From positions 1 through 52,229 of the forward strand of contig DFBH01000055.1 of the NCBI GenBank assembly GCA_002366545.1: 52,229 nucleotides of DNA, written 5' to 3'. How positions within the stretch are numbered: position 1 is the first letter of the stretch; the number at the start of each line of letters is the position of its first letter. A program made the position numbers and the translations under genes. Origin of the DNA: Candidatus Oleimmundimicrobium americanum. GTDB lineage: Bacteria > Actinomycetota > Aquicultoria > UBA3085 > Oleimmundimicrobiaceae. The notes under the pieces were generated by a model, which saw only the letters and a list, made by a program, of their open reading frames with translations, did not search any database and was not told the DNA's origin. Positions 1-11,463 of this stretch are shown here, in pieces.

Positions 1-49
1 GTAAGGGCGTGGGTATCTATTTATTAAATTAATCAGCCTGGTAAAAATA

Positions 50-79
50 TTGATATTGAAATGCTAAAAAAAATATAAT
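50..79 (+). promoter_or_regulatory. Possible sigma-70-type promoter for ileS (TTGATA, 18-nt spacer, TATAAT)
   Basis: TTGATA at 50-55 and TATAAT at 74-79, about 90 nt upstream of the ileS GTG. Found by motif reading only. Confidence 0.3.
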
Positions 80-166
80 AAAAAGTGGCATTGTAAGCAT
101 CCTCTCTCATTGTTTGAGCGGGGTATTTATTTAACGATTTAAAAACACCGGCGAGAGGTTTTATAG

Positions 167-2965
167 GTGAATTACAAAAAGACGCTTAATCTCCCAAAGT
201 CAAAATTTTCAATGAAGGCAAATTTGGTTCAAAAAGAGCCTGAAATTTTGAAGTTCTGGGATGAAGTTGACATCTATAAATTAGTAAGCAAGAAGACCGC
301 CGAAGCCCCTTTTTTTATTCTGCATGACGGCCCGCCTTATGCAAATGGTGATATCCACTTGGGGCATACTCTCAATAAAGTTCTGAAAGATATTATCGTT
401 AAATACAAAACCATGAGAGGTTTTAATAGTCCGTATGTTCCCGGTTGGGATTGTCATGGGCAGCCAATTGAACACAACGTAGAAAAGAAATTGGGCAAAA
501 AAAAGAGTGAAGTTAGTCAAGTTAAGCTTAGAAAACTTTGCAGAGATTATGCTTTAAAATTTGTAAAACGGCAAACTCAGCAGTTTAAAAGATTGGGTGT
601 ACGCGGAGATTTTAAAAATCCGTATTTAACACTGAAACATCATTACGAAGCGATAAATGTTGAAGTTTTCGGCAAACTTTATAAAAATGGGAATATTTAT
701 AAAGGGAGAAAACCAATTCACTGGTGTTATCATTGTGAAACGGCTTTGGCAGAAGCTGAAATCGAATACAATGACGAAAAATCAACTTCAATATATGTAA
801 AATTTCCTCTAAAAAGTGAATTTGCCCCCCTCGACAGTTATAATTTGCCGAAGTACTTCTTAATTTGGACAACAACACCTTGGACATTGCCTGCAAATGT
901 GGCAATAGCAGTTAATCCTAAAGTTGAATATGTAGCAATTGAAGCGATGGACGAAATTTACATTGTAGCTAAAGATTTGGCTGAAAGAGTTTTTTCGGAG
1001 GCCGAGATTTTAAACTTTAAAGTTATAAAAACCTTTAAAGGCCAAGAACTCGAAGGCCTTGAATGTTTACATCCTTTTCAATCCCGAGAATCTATTATAA
1101 TATCGGCTGATTTTGTGGAATTAGATACCGGAAGCGGCTGTGTCCATATTGCTCCCGGTCACGGTCAAGAAGATTACCAGGCAGGGCTCAATTATAAATT
1201 ACCGATAATCATGCCCGTTGACGGCAAAGGCTTTTTTACTCAGGAAGCGGGCAAATATGTTGGACAACACGTAGAAGAAGCAAATGAAACCATTGTAAAT
1301 GATTTGAGAAAAGATAATTTGCTATTTCACTCTTCAACAATTACTCATTCATATCCACATTGTTGGCGTTGCAAAAATCCGGTTATCTTCCGAGCAACCG
1401 AGCAATGGTTCGTTTCTGCGGACGGTAAAGATCTTCGCAAGAAGGCGCTTGAAGAAATTAGGAAAGTAAATTGGATACCGTCATGGAGTGAAAAAAGAAT
1501 AACAAGCATGGTAAAAGATAGGCCCGACTGGTGTATATCTCGGCAAAGGGCGTGGGGTGTTCCGATTCCTGTCTTTTATTGTAGCGATTGCGGGAAAGAA
1601 ATTGTAACTTTTGAATCAATAAAATCCGTGTTAAATCTTTTTGAAAAAGACGGTTCCGATGCCTGGTTTACTAAATCAGCGGAAGAAATTTTGCCAGAAG
1701 GAACTATTTGCCAAAGTTGTAAAGGAACACAGTTTGTTAAAGAGAGTGACATATTAGATGTTTGGTTTGAATCCGGTGTTAGTCATTTTGCAGTACTAAA
1801 AAATAGATCCGACTTAAATTGGCCGGCGCAGCTTTATCTTGAAGGAAGCGATCAGCATCGCGGTTGGTTCCAGTCTTCTTTGCTGACATCTGTTGGATGT
1901 ACAGGGAAGGCGCCCTATGAATCTGTGCTTACCCATGGGTTTTTGGTGGATGGGGAAGGGCGTAAAATGTCTAAGTCTTTAGGTAATGTTGTTGATCCAT
2001 TGGAAGTTATTAAACAGTCGGGAGCCGATGTTTTGCGATTATGGGTGATTTCATCGGATTACACTTCGGATATAGCGGTTTCTCAAGAAATCCTCGAGCG
2101 AGTTTCTGAAGCTTATCGAAGAATTAGGAATACGATGAGGTTTTTAATGGGCAATTTGTATGATTTTGAACCGGAAAAGGATAAGGTAAATTATGAGAAT
2201 ATGGAAGAAATAGACAGATGGGTTCTCAGCCGACTGTATAAACTCATTAAAACCGTGACTCAGGCACACGATGAATACAAGTTTCACATCATCTATCATT
2301 CTATTTTTAATTTTTGCGTAACGGATTTAAGTTCGTTTTACCTTGATGTCCAAAAGGATTGCCTCTATACTTTTGCTCCGGATTCTAAAGAGCGCAGATC
2401 TTGCCAGACTGCTTTGTCTGAAATACTAATGTCATTGATAGGGATGCTTGCTCCGACCCTTGTTTTTACCGCTGAAGATGCTTGGAGAAGTTTGCCTGAT
2501 AACTACAAAGATGAAATTAGCGTGCAACTTACTTCTTGGCCTCAAGCAAATAACGATTTAATAGACGAGGAACTTGAGGAAAAATGGGATAAGCTTTTGA
2601 AGATTAGAGGAGAAGTTTTAAAAGCTTTAGAAACAATGAGAAACGAAAAGTTGATAGGAAATTCCCTTGAGGCCATGGTTACCATATATTCAAACCATGA
2701 ATTTTATAAGTTTTTAAATTCATATAAAGATATTTTGCCCGGCATCTTTATAGTTTCGCAAGTTAAGCTTTTTGATTCTGTTGACGATATACCGGGTAAG
2801 GCTTTTCAAAGCGAGGAATTACCGGGACTTTTAATTTTAATATCTAAAGCGTCGGGCGACAAATGTGAACGATGTTGGAATTATAGTGAAAGCGTTGGAG
2901 AAGATAATGAGTATCCGACAATTTGCTCTCGGTGTTTGAAAGTTATAAAAAGTCAAAGAAACTAA
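167..2965 (+). CDS. ileS: Isoleucine--tRNA ligase (type 1, with C-terminal Cys4 zinc finger)
   Basis: 932 aa. HIGH motif (PPYANGDIHLGH), KMSKS motif, editing-domain length, and C-terminal CERCWNY...CSRC. GTG start with GAGAGG upstream. Confidence 0.97.
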   Translation: MNYKKTLNLPKSKFSMKANLVQKEPEILKFWDEVDIYKLVSKKTAEAPFFILHDGPPYANGDIHLGHTLNKVLKDIIVKYKTMRGFNSPYVPGWDCHGQPIEHNVEKKLGKKKSEVSQVKLRKLCRDYALKFVKRQTQQFKRLGVRGDFKNPYLTLKHHYEAINVEVFGKLYKNGNIYKGRKPIHWCYHCETALAEAEIEYNDEKSTSIYVKFPLKSEFAPLDSYNLPKYFLIWTTTPWTLPANVAIAVNPKVEYVAIEAMDEIYIVAKDLAERVFSEAEILNFKVIKTFKGQELEGLECLHPFQSRESIIISADFVELDTGSGCVHIAPGHGQEDYQAGLNYKLPIIMPVDGKGFFTQEAGKYVGQHVEEANETIVNDLRKDNLLFHSSTITHSYPHCWRCKNPVIFRATEQWFVSADGKDLRKKALEEIRKVNWIPSWSEKRITSMVKDRPDWCISRQRAWGVPIPVFYCSDCGKEIVTFESIKSVLNLFEKDGSDAWFTKSAEEILPEGTICQSCKGTQFVKESDILDVWFESGVSHFAVLKNRSDLNWPAQLYLEGSDQHRGWFQSSLLTSVGCTGKAPYESVLTHGFLVDGEGRKMSKSLGNVVDPLEVIKQSGADVLRLWVISSDYTSDIAVSQEILERVSEAYRRIRNTMRFLMGNLYDFEPEKDKVNYENMEEIDRWVLSRLYKLIKTVTQAHDEYKFHIIYHSIFNFCVTDLSSFYLDVQKDCLYTFAPDSKERRSCQTALSEILMSLIGMLAPTLVFTAEDAWRSLPDNYKDEISVQLTSWPQANNDLIDEELEEKWDKLLKIRGEVLKALETMRNEKLIGNSLEAMVTIYSNHEFYKFLNSYKDILPGIFIVSQVKLFDSVDDIPGKAFQSEELPGLLILISKASGDKCERCWNYSESVGEDNEYPTICSRCLKVIKSQRN

Positions 2966-3038
2966 ATTGGGATATCGATTTTATATATATTAATGAAGCC
3001 TTAGTTTGGCAGAAAACATCGCAAATAGGAGGTAAATT

Positions 3039-3413
3039 GTGGTAGACAATAAGAGGCTTATTCTTTTAAAAGAAAAGCTGATAAATGAGAAAAGTCGTTT
3101 AGAGGATGAGTTAAAAGAGATTGAAGAGGGGAATGTAAATCAAACTCAATCCGAAGCGACCGGGGAAAATTCTTATGAAGATGATTTTGCAGATAGCGGA
3201 ACGGCAACTTTTGAGCGGGAGAAGGACCTCTCGCTGGATCGAAATATTAAAGATTTATTATTTCGGGTTGACAAGGCACTTGAACGCATAGAAAAAGGAA
3301 CTTATGGGAGATGTATTGTATGCGGTAAAGATATAGACCCCGCGAGATTGAAAGCTGTGCCATACGCAGATCTTTGCATCGAATGCAAAAAGAAAGAAGA
3401 AAAGAGCTGGTAG
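3039..3413 (+). CDS. DksA/TraR-family C4-type zinc-finger protein
   Basis: Coiled-coil N-terminus followed by CIVCGKDI...CIECKKK. AGGAGG RBS before the GTG start. Sits between ileS and lspA, as in many Bacillota. Confidence 0.85.
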   Translation: MVDNKRLILLKEKLINEKSRLEDELKEIEEGNVNQTQSEATGENSYEDDFADSGTATFEREKDLSLDRNIKDLLFRVDKALERIEKGTYGRCIVCGKDIDPARLKAVPYADLCIECKKKEEKSW

Positions 3414-3439
3414 TTTACTGAATAAACGGGGTTGATTAT

Positions 3440-3892
3440 TTGGTTTTTCTATTTATTGCAGGTATCGTATTTTTTATTGATCAATTAACGAAGTTATTTA
3501 TACGTCAAAATTTTCAGATTGGTGAAAGCATCCCTGTAGTAAATAATTTTTTTCATATAACTCGTGTTCAGAATAGAGGTGCGGCGTTTGGTTTGATGCC
3601 AGAGCAGCACCTCTTATTGATTTTGGTTGCCCTTTTTGTTGTTGTTTTTCTGGCTCTTTATTTTTGGCGCAAACAGCCAAAGGGTATTTTAATGCGAATA
3701 TCCCTTGGGACAATATTAGGTGGAGCCGTTGGGAATTTAACAGATCGATTATTTATCGGAAACGTAACTGATTTTCTTGATTTTTGCATCTGGCCGGTTT
3801 TTAATATTGCTGACTCTGCCATTGTAGTTGGAATTGTTTTGATATTGGTTTCGTTGTTTAAAAAACCACGTGGTAAATTAATTAAGAATTAA
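3440..3892 (+). CDS. lspA: Lipoprotein signal peptidase II
   Basis: 150-aa membrane protein with NRGAAFG and FNIADSAI motifs. Confidence 0.93.
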   Translation: MVFLFIAGIVFFIDQLTKLFIRQNFQIGESIPVVNNFFHITRVQNRGAAFGLMPEQHLLLILVALFVVVFLALYFWRKQPKGILMRISLGTILGGAVGNLTDRLFIGNVTDFLDFCIWPVFNIADSAIVVGIVLILVSLFKKPRGKLIKN

Positions 3893-3909
3893 GGTTATGA
3901 GGTGATAAT

Positions 3910-4650
3910 TTGCATCCGGTCTTAATAAAAATTGGATCAATATCGGTTTATTCGTATGGATTTATTCTTGCGGTGGCCTTTATAGTCAGCTTTTTCATTG
4001 CAATTTCTGAAGCAAAACGAAAGAGTATCTCTTTGGATGTTGTTTATGATTTAACATTGGCTGCAATGATTGGGGGAGTTGTAGGGGCCAGGATTTTTTA
4101 TGTTATTGCCCATTTGGATTATTTTTTCGAACATCTCTTAAAGATTTTCGTTATTCAAGACGGAGGGTTAGTATTTTACGGAGGTTTGGTGGGTGGTACC
4201 CTTGCAGTCTTTCTTGTTATTTCGCTTAAAAAACTTGTAACATCTAAAGTAGCGGATATGGTGGCTCCATGTTTAGCTCTTGGAGGAGCGATTGGACGCA
4301 TAGGTTGTTTTTTAAATGGCTGTTGTTATGGAAAACCCTCAAATGTGTTTTGGGTTGTTAAATTTCCGGGTTTGCCTTATGCTCGTCATCCAACTCAAAT
4401 TTACGATCTTTTATATAATTTAATTATCTTTGGAATTATTTGGAATTTTAGAAAAAAAACAGATAAAGATGGAATGATTTTCTGGATTTATTTATTTCTT
4501 TATTCTACCGGGCGTTTTATCGTTGAATTTTTTAGAGTTACGAAAATTGTATCTTTGGGATTGACAGGGGCTCAGTTGATAAGTCTGGGAATATTTTTAA
4601 TTTCAGCGGTTGTTTTGTTTAAAAAATATCTACTAAGTCGTTCTTCTTAA
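3910..4650 (+). CDS. lgt: Prolipoprotein diacylglyceryl transferase
   Basis: Polytopic membrane protein with GGLVFYGGL, GRIGCFLNGCCYG and HPTQIYD motifs. Confidence 0.93.
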   Translation: MHPVLIKIGSISVYSYGFILAVAFIVSFFIAISEAKRKSISLDVVYDLTLAAMIGGVVGARIFYVIAHLDYFFEHLLKIFVIQDGGLVFYGGLVGGTLAVFLVISLKKLVTSKVADMVAPCLALGGAIGRIGCFLNGCCYGKPSNVFWVVKFPGLPYARHPTQIYDLLYNLIIFGIIWNFRKKTDKDGMIFWIYLFLYSTGRFIVEFFRVTKIVSLGLTGAQLISLGIFLISAVVLFKKYLLSRSS

Positions 4651-4679
4651 AACTTCGGATAAGGTGATTATTTTTTAAA

Positions 4680-5615
4680 TTGAGAGATATTAAAAAAATT
4701 ACTTTAGAAATTGAGGATAATGATGAGGGGAAAAGGCTGGATTCTTTTTTGGCTCATCAAAAAGTAGTTCCATCGCGTTCTTTTGCCCAACGTTTAATCA
4801 GCGAAGGGTTTGTTAAAATTGACGGTAAACCGACAACAAAAAACCATCGTTTAAAAAAAGATGAAACCGTTTTCATTGAAATTCCACCTCCGAAGCCGTC
4901 ATTGGTAATCCCGGAGAATATACCGTTAAATATAATTTATGAAGACGAGGATTTAATTGTTCTTTCAAAACCGGTGGGTTTAGTTGTTCATCCTTCATAC
5001 GGTCATGTTAACGGTACTTTAGTCAATGCTCTATTGGCTCATACTAAGGATTTGTCAGGGGTGGGAGGAGTTATTCGTCCCGGGATTGTTCATAGACTGG
5101 ATAAAAATACATCCGGCCTCATGATTGTGGCAAAGAATGATCGGGCCCACCACATTTTATCGAGAGCGCTGAAAGACAGAAAAATAAAACGTTCATATCT
5201 TGCATTGGTGCATGGCGTTATGGAAGTTGAGGCCGGTATTATAGATGCCCCGATTGGAAGGAACCCAAAAACAAGAAAAACAATGGCGGTAACAGAGAGA
5301 GGGAGCAAAAGAGCGGTAACAACATTCAAGGTAAAGGAAAGGTTCAGAAATTATACACTCCTTCAGCTTAAATTAGAGACCGGAAGAACACACCAAATAA
5401 GAGTTCATATGAGATACGTTAATCACCCTGTAGTCGGAGATCCCGAGTATGGCTACAAAAAAATCGAGAAAAACCTTGGCCTCGCTCGTCAATTTCTACA
5501 TTCTTACCGTCTTGAATTTACTCACCCGCGAACGGGAGAAGAATTATCATTCGAGGATGAACTTCCCGATGAGTTAACAGAAGTTTTAATTCGTTTGCGA
5601 GCTTGTCAAATATAA
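4680..5615 (+). CDS. rluD: RluA-family 23S rRNA pseudouridine synthase (RluD-like)
   Basis: N-terminal S4 domain plus catalytic HRLDKNTSGLMIVAKN. TTG start. Confidence 0.9.
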   Translation: MRDIKKITLEIEDNDEGKRLDSFLAHQKVVPSRSFAQRLISEGFVKIDGKPTTKNHRLKKDETVFIEIPPPKPSLVIPENIPLNIIYEDEDLIVLSKPVGLVVHPSYGHVNGTLVNALLAHTKDLSGVGGVIRPGIVHRLDKNTSGLMIVAKNDRAHHILSRALKDRKIKRSYLALVHGVMEVEAGIIDAPIGRNPKTRKTMAVTERGSKRAVTTFKVKERFRNYTLLQLKLETGRTHQIRVHMRYVNHPVVGDPEYGYKKIEKNLGLARQFLHSYRLEFTHPRTGEELSFEDELPDELTEVLIRLRACQI

Positions 5616-5642
5616 GCGCCAATAAAATTCATGAGTTTAGAC

Positions 5643-6785
5643 TTATTCCCCATCCCTTTTTTTAATTGTTTTTAGATACAAACCGTAAGTTATGTTTTGT
5701 AGCTCTTTCGCCTCTTCGATAAGTTTTTTAGTTTTTTCATCAAGAGCGTTGCTGTCTAAAAGGTTTTTAAGAGATTTATTATCAATTTGTACAATTTTTT
5801 CCCAAAGATTCAGGGGTTCTAAAACATCTCTGACTTTTTCGGGGTCATAAATATATTTTGCTCTTTCAGATAAAGTAATGGCGTTGACCTGTGAAAAAAT
5901 TTGTTTTAAATTATGTTCTTCGAAATATTGACGAAGGATATCTTTTATCTTTTCAAGACGAGATGTAATTAATTTTTTTTGCCCATTAAGATTTGCATAT
6001 TCGTCTATCACCTTTTCAATTTCTATTGATCCCTCGGTTTTTTTAAATTTATCCTTAAAAAATGGACAACGAGCTTGGAATGCGCACCAAGGGCACAGAT
6101 TGTTTTGAATGGGGTCAAAATTGCCCGCTTTGATATTTTCGGCGGTTTGCAAGATTAGTTCCTCGATTTTTGGTAGCTCTTCAGCTTTTCTAATCGTGCT
6201 CATCCTTATATTTGGCACTACGAAATATAAAGTAAGTTTTTCCGGCTCAATTGACCAGATATTTTTTGCGGCAAAGTAATACATGGAAAGTTGTAGGTTT
6301 TCGTCAATTTTTGACTGAGGGGGAAGTTTTCTGTTTGTTTTATAGTCTATGATTTCCAAATTGCCATTTGGGGTTTTTTCAACCTTATCGATTATTCCTG
6401 TTAGAATACATGGTTCACCTGAAGATAAATTGTCGTCAAGCTTAATTTGAAATTTGTGTTCAAGCGCTACGGGTAGAGAAAAGCTGTCTACATTGGTGCG
6501 GTAAAAGTTTCTTAAAATTTGTTTTGCAAACTCTCGGTAGGTTTTTTCTTCTCCCTCGTCTGAATATCCTTCGGAAAACCAATTTTTGTTTAGAAAATTT
6601 AAAAGGTTTTCAAGAGAAGGTGGTTTTGGAGTGGGAACGTTATAAAAGTAATACAATGTTTTATGAATGGTGCTTCCAAAGCTTAAAGCGGGAGTTTTTT
6701 TGCGAGGGAATTTGTCCACGTAAATAAATTTGTAGGAAAGCGGACAGTTCCGATATGTTGAAATAGATGAGTAGCTAAGTTTCAT
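5643..6785 (-). CDS. Cas4/RecB-like PD-(D/E)XK nuclease with a 4-Cys (Fe-S type) cluster and a C-terminal helical extension of about 130 aa
   Basis: N-terminal Cys (YRNCPLSY); GIIDKV...LEIIDYKT (D...E-x-K core); QLSMYYF (QxxxY); C-x2-C-x5-C (CPWCAFQARC). GGAGG RBS. It is the only complete minus-strand gene in the window. Confidence 0.8.
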   Translation of the reverse strand: MKLSYSSISTYRNCPLSYKFIYVDKFPRKKTPALSFGSTIHKTLYYFYNVPTPKPPSLENLLNFLNKNWFSEGYSDEGEEKTYREFAKQILRNFYRTNVDSFSLPVALEHKFQIKLDDNLSSGEPCILTGIIDKVEKTPNGNLEIIDYKTNRKLPPQSKIDENLQLSMYYFAAKNIWSIEPEKLTLYFVVPNIRMSTIRKAEELPKIEELILQTAENIKAGNFDPIQNNLCPWCAFQARCPFFKDKFKKTEGSIEIEKVIDEYANLNGQKKLITSRLEKIKDILRQYFEEHNLKQIFSQVNAITLSERAKYIYDPEKVRDVLEPLNLWEKIVQIDNKSLKNLLDSNALDEKTKKLIEEAKELQNITYGLYLKTIKKRDGE

Positions 6786-6818
6786 TTTGCCTCCATATTT
6801 CGTATATGTATATAGTAA

Positions 6819-6846
6819 TGTATACAGAACATATGTTCGCTGTCAA
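6819..6846 (-). promoter_or_regulatory. SOS promoter with a LexA (Cheo) box for the PD-(D/E)XK nuclease
   Basis: The minus strand reads TTGACA (6846-6841), then the 16-nt spacer gCGAACATATGTTCTg, then TATACA (6824-6819). The box at 6826-6839 matches CGAAC-N4-GTTC(G) at 13 of 14 positions, 41-54 nt upstream of the ATG. Confidence 0.75.
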
Positions 6847-6954
6847 GGTTTATTTGATATTTATTATACGCGGTTTCCGCTTATTTCGAATACTTTAAAG
6901 CTTATTGCCTTAAATTAAGTTGTTGTGTTAAACTGTTCACACTTTACAACACAC

Positions 6955-7011
6955 GTTGGTGGACTTCTTTTAAGTTCCCTTTTTTTGGGTTAAAAGAAGG
7001 TTGAAGCCAAC
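6955..7011 (+). promoter_or_regulatory. Structured 5' leader of rpsB (nested stems)
   Basis: GTTGG (6955-6959) pairs with CCAAC (7007-7011). This encloses CTTCTTTTAA (6964-6973) pairing with TTAAAAGAAG (6990-6999), just upstream of the rpsB SD. Function was not established. Confidence 0.3.
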
Positions 7012-7044
7012 GGAGGAAAAAACCGGTAGAAAGGAGGAGAGAGC

Positions 7045-7767
7045 ATGGCAGTAGTTTCAATGAAAAACCTGCTTGAGGCAGGTGTTCACTTTGGGCATCA
7101 AACAAGACGCTGGAACCCAAAAATGAAGCCGTATATCTTTACTGAGAGAAATGATATTTATATCATTGATCTTCAGAAGACATTGGTTTTAATAGAGAAG
7201 GCATACGAATTTGTCAAAGAAACCGTTGCTAATGGTGGAACGGTTCTTTTTGTAGGTACGAAAAAGCAAGCTCAGGAGTCAATTAAGCAAGAAGCTGCTC
7301 GTTGTGGAATGCCTTATGTTAATTATCGCTGGTTGGGCGGTATGCTAACCAATTTTAAGACAATCAGCAAACGGATTGAGTGTTTGGAAGAATTAGAGAA
7401 AATGGACGAAAGCGGATTAATGAATAAGCTTACCAAAAAAGAAGCAATGAAACTTAATGCTAAAAAAGATAAGCTCAATAAATATCTCGACGGAATAAGG
7501 GATATGAAAAAATTGCCTGATATCGTGTTTGCAATTGACACCAAAAAAGAAGCTATAGCGATCAAAGAGGGTAGAAGACTTGAAATTCCGATAATAGGAA
7601 TAGTGGATACCAACGCTGATCCGAATGAAGTTGATTATGTTATTTCTGCAAACGATGATGCAATTAGAGCAGTTGCTTTAATGAGTAAAATTATGGCAGA
7701 CGCTTGTTTGGCGGGTATCAAGAGAAGGGTGCCCATTAAAGAAGAATTAGGAGTAATTGAAGGTTAA
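7045..7767 (+). CDS. rpsB: 30S ribosomal protein S2
   Basis: [15 protein letters not shown] signature and a strong AGGAGG RBS. Confidence 0.97.
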   Translation: MAVVSMKNLLEAGVHFGHQTRRWNPKMKPYIFTERNDIYIIDLQKTLVLIEKAYEFVKETVANGGTVLFVGTKKQAQESIKQEAARCGMPYVNYRWLGGMLTNFKTISKRIECLEELEKMDESGLMNKLTKKEAMKLNAKKDKLNKYLDGIRDMKKLPDIVFAIDTKKEAIAIKEGRRLEIPIIGIVDTNADPNEVDYVISANDDAIRAVALMSKIMADACLAGIKRRVPIKEELGVIEG

Positions 7768-7771
7768 ATGC

Positions 7772-7798
7772 ACAGCGAGTCATTTTTTGACTCGCTGT
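7772..7798 (+). other. 10-bp perfect hairpin between rpsB and tsf, with no U-tract
   Basis: ACAGCGAGTC (7772-7781), loop atttttt, GACTCGCTGT (7789-7798). Followed by aatcaaaa, so it is not a canonical intrinsic terminator. Confidence 0.5.
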
Positions 7799-7833
7799 AA
7801 TCAAAATCAATTAAATTAGGGGGTTGCTGATAA

Positions 7834-8430
7834 ATGGCAATAAGTGCCACCCAAATAAAGAAATTAAGGGATTCTACCGGGGCGGGTATGATGAATTGTA
7901 AAGCCGCATTGGTTGAAGCTGAAGGAGATATAGAAAAAGCAGTTGATATTTTGCGCAAAAAAGGAGCTGCTGCTTTAGGTAAAAAATCTGGAAGAACAGC
8001 AAACGAAGGAGTTATAGTTTCTTATATTCATTCGGGTAACAGGCTTGGTGTGTTATTAGAAGTTAATTGTGAGACTGATTTTGTAGCTCGAAATGAGGAT
8101 TTCAAAAACTTTGCGCACAATATAGCCATGCATATCGCTGCCTCAAACCCACTTTGGGTTTCGAGGGAAGAGGTGCCTTCCGAAGTATTGGAGAAGGAAC
8201 GTGATATATATAAGGAGCAAGCCCTTAACGAAGGGAAACCGGATAAGATAATCGACAGGATAGTTGAAGGTAAAGTCGAAAAATTTTATGAGCAAACTTG
8301 TTTGATGGAACAACGCTTTGTTAAAAATCCGGACTTAACCGTTCAGGATTATCTTGCCGAGTTGGTTGGAAAAATTGGAGAGAACGTAGTTGTTAAGCGA
8401 TTTACCAGGTATTTTCTTGGTGAGGAATGA
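7834..8430 (+). CDS. tsf: Elongation factor Ts (short form)
   Basis: TGAGMMNCKAAL UBA-like N-terminus. 198 aa. Confidence 0.95.
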   Translation: MAISATQIKKLRDSTGAGMMNCKAALVEAEGDIEKAVDILRKKGAAALGKKSGRTANEGVIVSYIHSGNRLGVLLEVNCETDFVARNEDFKNFAHNIAMHIAASNPLWVSREEVPSEVLEKERDIYKEQALNEGKPDKIIDRIVEGKVEKFYEQTCLMEQRFVKNPDLTVQDYLAELVGKIGENVVVKRFTRYFLGEE

Positions 8431-8473
8431 TAATCAATTTATTTTTAAATTTTGATAAATTATTTTAAGCTAA

Positions 8474-9815
<1,342 letters not shown>

Positions 9816-9848
9816 GCATAGGTTTTAATAAAGGAGCAGTTTTAAAGC

Positions 9849-10646
9849 GTGTTGGATAAGTTTAAAAGATTAATTAAAAGTCTTCGTTTGGAATCATTAA
9901 AGAAAAGCGAGGACTTTTTTTTAAAACGGATAGATAAAGATAAGTTGCCTTTACATATTGCCATAATTATGGATGGGAATGGACGTTGGGCGAAAAAAAG
10001 GGGACTTCCTCGTATTGCCGGTCACAAGGCTGGAACAGAAACTGTTCGTCGAATCGTAAAAATCGCCGCGGAACTAAATATTAGGTATCTAACTCTTTAC
10101 GCTTTTTCCATTGAAAATTGGCGACGACCTAAAGGAGAGGTATCCGCCCTTATGAACCTAATTGAGGAAATGCTGGATGCGGAAGCAAAGGATCTCCATA
10201 AGAACAATGTCAAATTTATAGTTATTGGTCGACTAAATAAATTATCTGAGAGTTTGCAGAAAAGCATTAGAGATGTAATGGCCATCACAAAAAATAACAC
10301 GGGGTTGACTTTAGTTCTTGCGATTAATTATGGAGGCAGAACGGAAATAGTTGATTGTGTAAGGCAAATTGCCGATAAAGTTAAGCAAAAAAAGTTGGAA
10401 CCAAGTAAAATTAACGAAGATACCATAATTAAACATCTTTATTTGCCAGAGGTTCCCGACCCGGATATTTTAATAAGAAGCGGTGGCGAAAAAAGAGTAA
10501 GCAATTTTTTGCTTTGGGAAATAGCGTATTCCGAATTTTGGATAACTCCTGTTCTTTGGCCAGATTTTAAAAGAAGCGATTTTTTCCAAGCAGTATTTGA
10601 TTTCCAGAGAAGGAAGAGACGTTTTGGTGGATTAGAGGAATGGTAG
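9849..10646 (+). CDS. uppS: Undecaprenyl (isoprenyl) diphosphate synthase
   Basis: HIAIIMDGNGRWA and RTSGE-like (IRSGGEKRVSNFLLWE) motifs. Confidence 0.95.
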   Translation: MLDKFKRLIKSLRLESLKKSEDFFLKRIDKDKLPLHIAIIMDGNGRWAKKRGLPRIAGHKAGTETVRRIVKIAAELNIRYLTLYAFSIENWRRPKGEVSALMNLIEEMLDAEAKDLHKNNVKFIVIGRLNKLSESLQKSIRDVMAITKNNTGLTLVLAINYGGRTEIVDCVRQIADKVKQKKLEPSKINEDTIIKHLYLPEVPDPDILIRSGGEKRVSNFLLWEIAYSEFWITPVLWPDFKRSDFFQAVFDFQRRKRRFGGLEEW

Positions 10647-10673
10647 ATTAAGTGGTTTAATAATGGAGGAAGG

Positions 10674-11462
10674 ATGCTCAAAGAGAGAATTATTACAGCT
10701 GTTATAGGCATTCCGGTGTTGTTGGGTTTTTTGTTTTGGGGAAGGATTCCATTCTTTCTGTTGCTGACGAGCATTATTTTTTTAGCTTTGTTGGAATTTG
10801 CTTCGCTTTTTAGAAAGCGCGATGTAAGACCCGATATTTTGCTTGTCTTACTGGGAGGAATAATCTTTTGTTTCTCTGCGCTTTTCTACGGAACGAAGGG
10901 TTTCACTCTCGGGATCGTTCTTATTGTTCTTATTACTTTGGCGAGAATGCTTTTTTCAAACGGTTCGTTCTCAATTAAAAGCGTTGCCCTGACTATTTTT
11001 GCCCCCATTTACATCGGTTTAATGATGGGTCACTTAATTTTGATTAGAGATATTGAAACAAATGGAATTGTTCTGGTTTTTTCGGTTTTTTTGGCGACTT
11101 GGATTTGTGATATCTCAGCGTATACTTTAGGTTCATTGTTTGGTAAACGGAAATTAGCTCCCAAAATTAGTCCTCATAAAACATGGGAAGGCGCTATAGG
11201 CAGTTTTTTTATAACGACCTTTTTAGTTGGAGGATTATGGTTTATCTCCTTGTCTTTTTTTGAAAGGGCAATGCTTGGTGCGGTGGTGGCTGTTTCTGGG
11301 CAATTTGGTGACCTCGTTGAGTCTAAACTAAAACGAGAGGTGGGTGTTAAAGACAGTGGCACCATGCTTCCGGGGCATGGAGGAATATTAGATAGGTTCG
11401 ATAGCCTTATTTTTTCTGCCCCCGCGATCTTTTATTTTTTAAAGTTATTGTCATTGAAATAA
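10674..11462 (+). CDS. cdsA: Phosphatidate cytidylyltransferase
   Basis: Membrane protein with the signature SKLKREVGVKDSGTMLPGHGGILDRFDS. Confidence 0.94.
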   Translation: MLKERIITAVIGIPVLLGFLFWGRIPFFLLLTSIIFLALLEFASLFRKRDVRPDILLVLLGGIIFCFSALFYGTKGFTLGIVLIVLITLARMLFSNGSFSIKSVALTIFAPIYIGLMMGHLILIRDIETNGIVLVFSVFLATWICDISAYTLGSLFGKRKLAPKISPHKTWEGAIGSFFITTFLVGGLWFISLSFFERAMLGAVVAVSGQFGDLVESKLKREVGVKDSGTMLPGHGGILDRFDSLIFSAPAIFYFLKLLSLK

Positions 11463-11463
11463 A

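Noticed and set aside
1-166. T-box riboswitch upstream of ileS
   Set aside because: No T-box sequence (AANNNGGGTGGTACCGCG-like), specifier-loop architecture or terminator/antiterminator pair is visible. Only a possible promoter and a weak CCTCTC/GAGAGG pairing are present.
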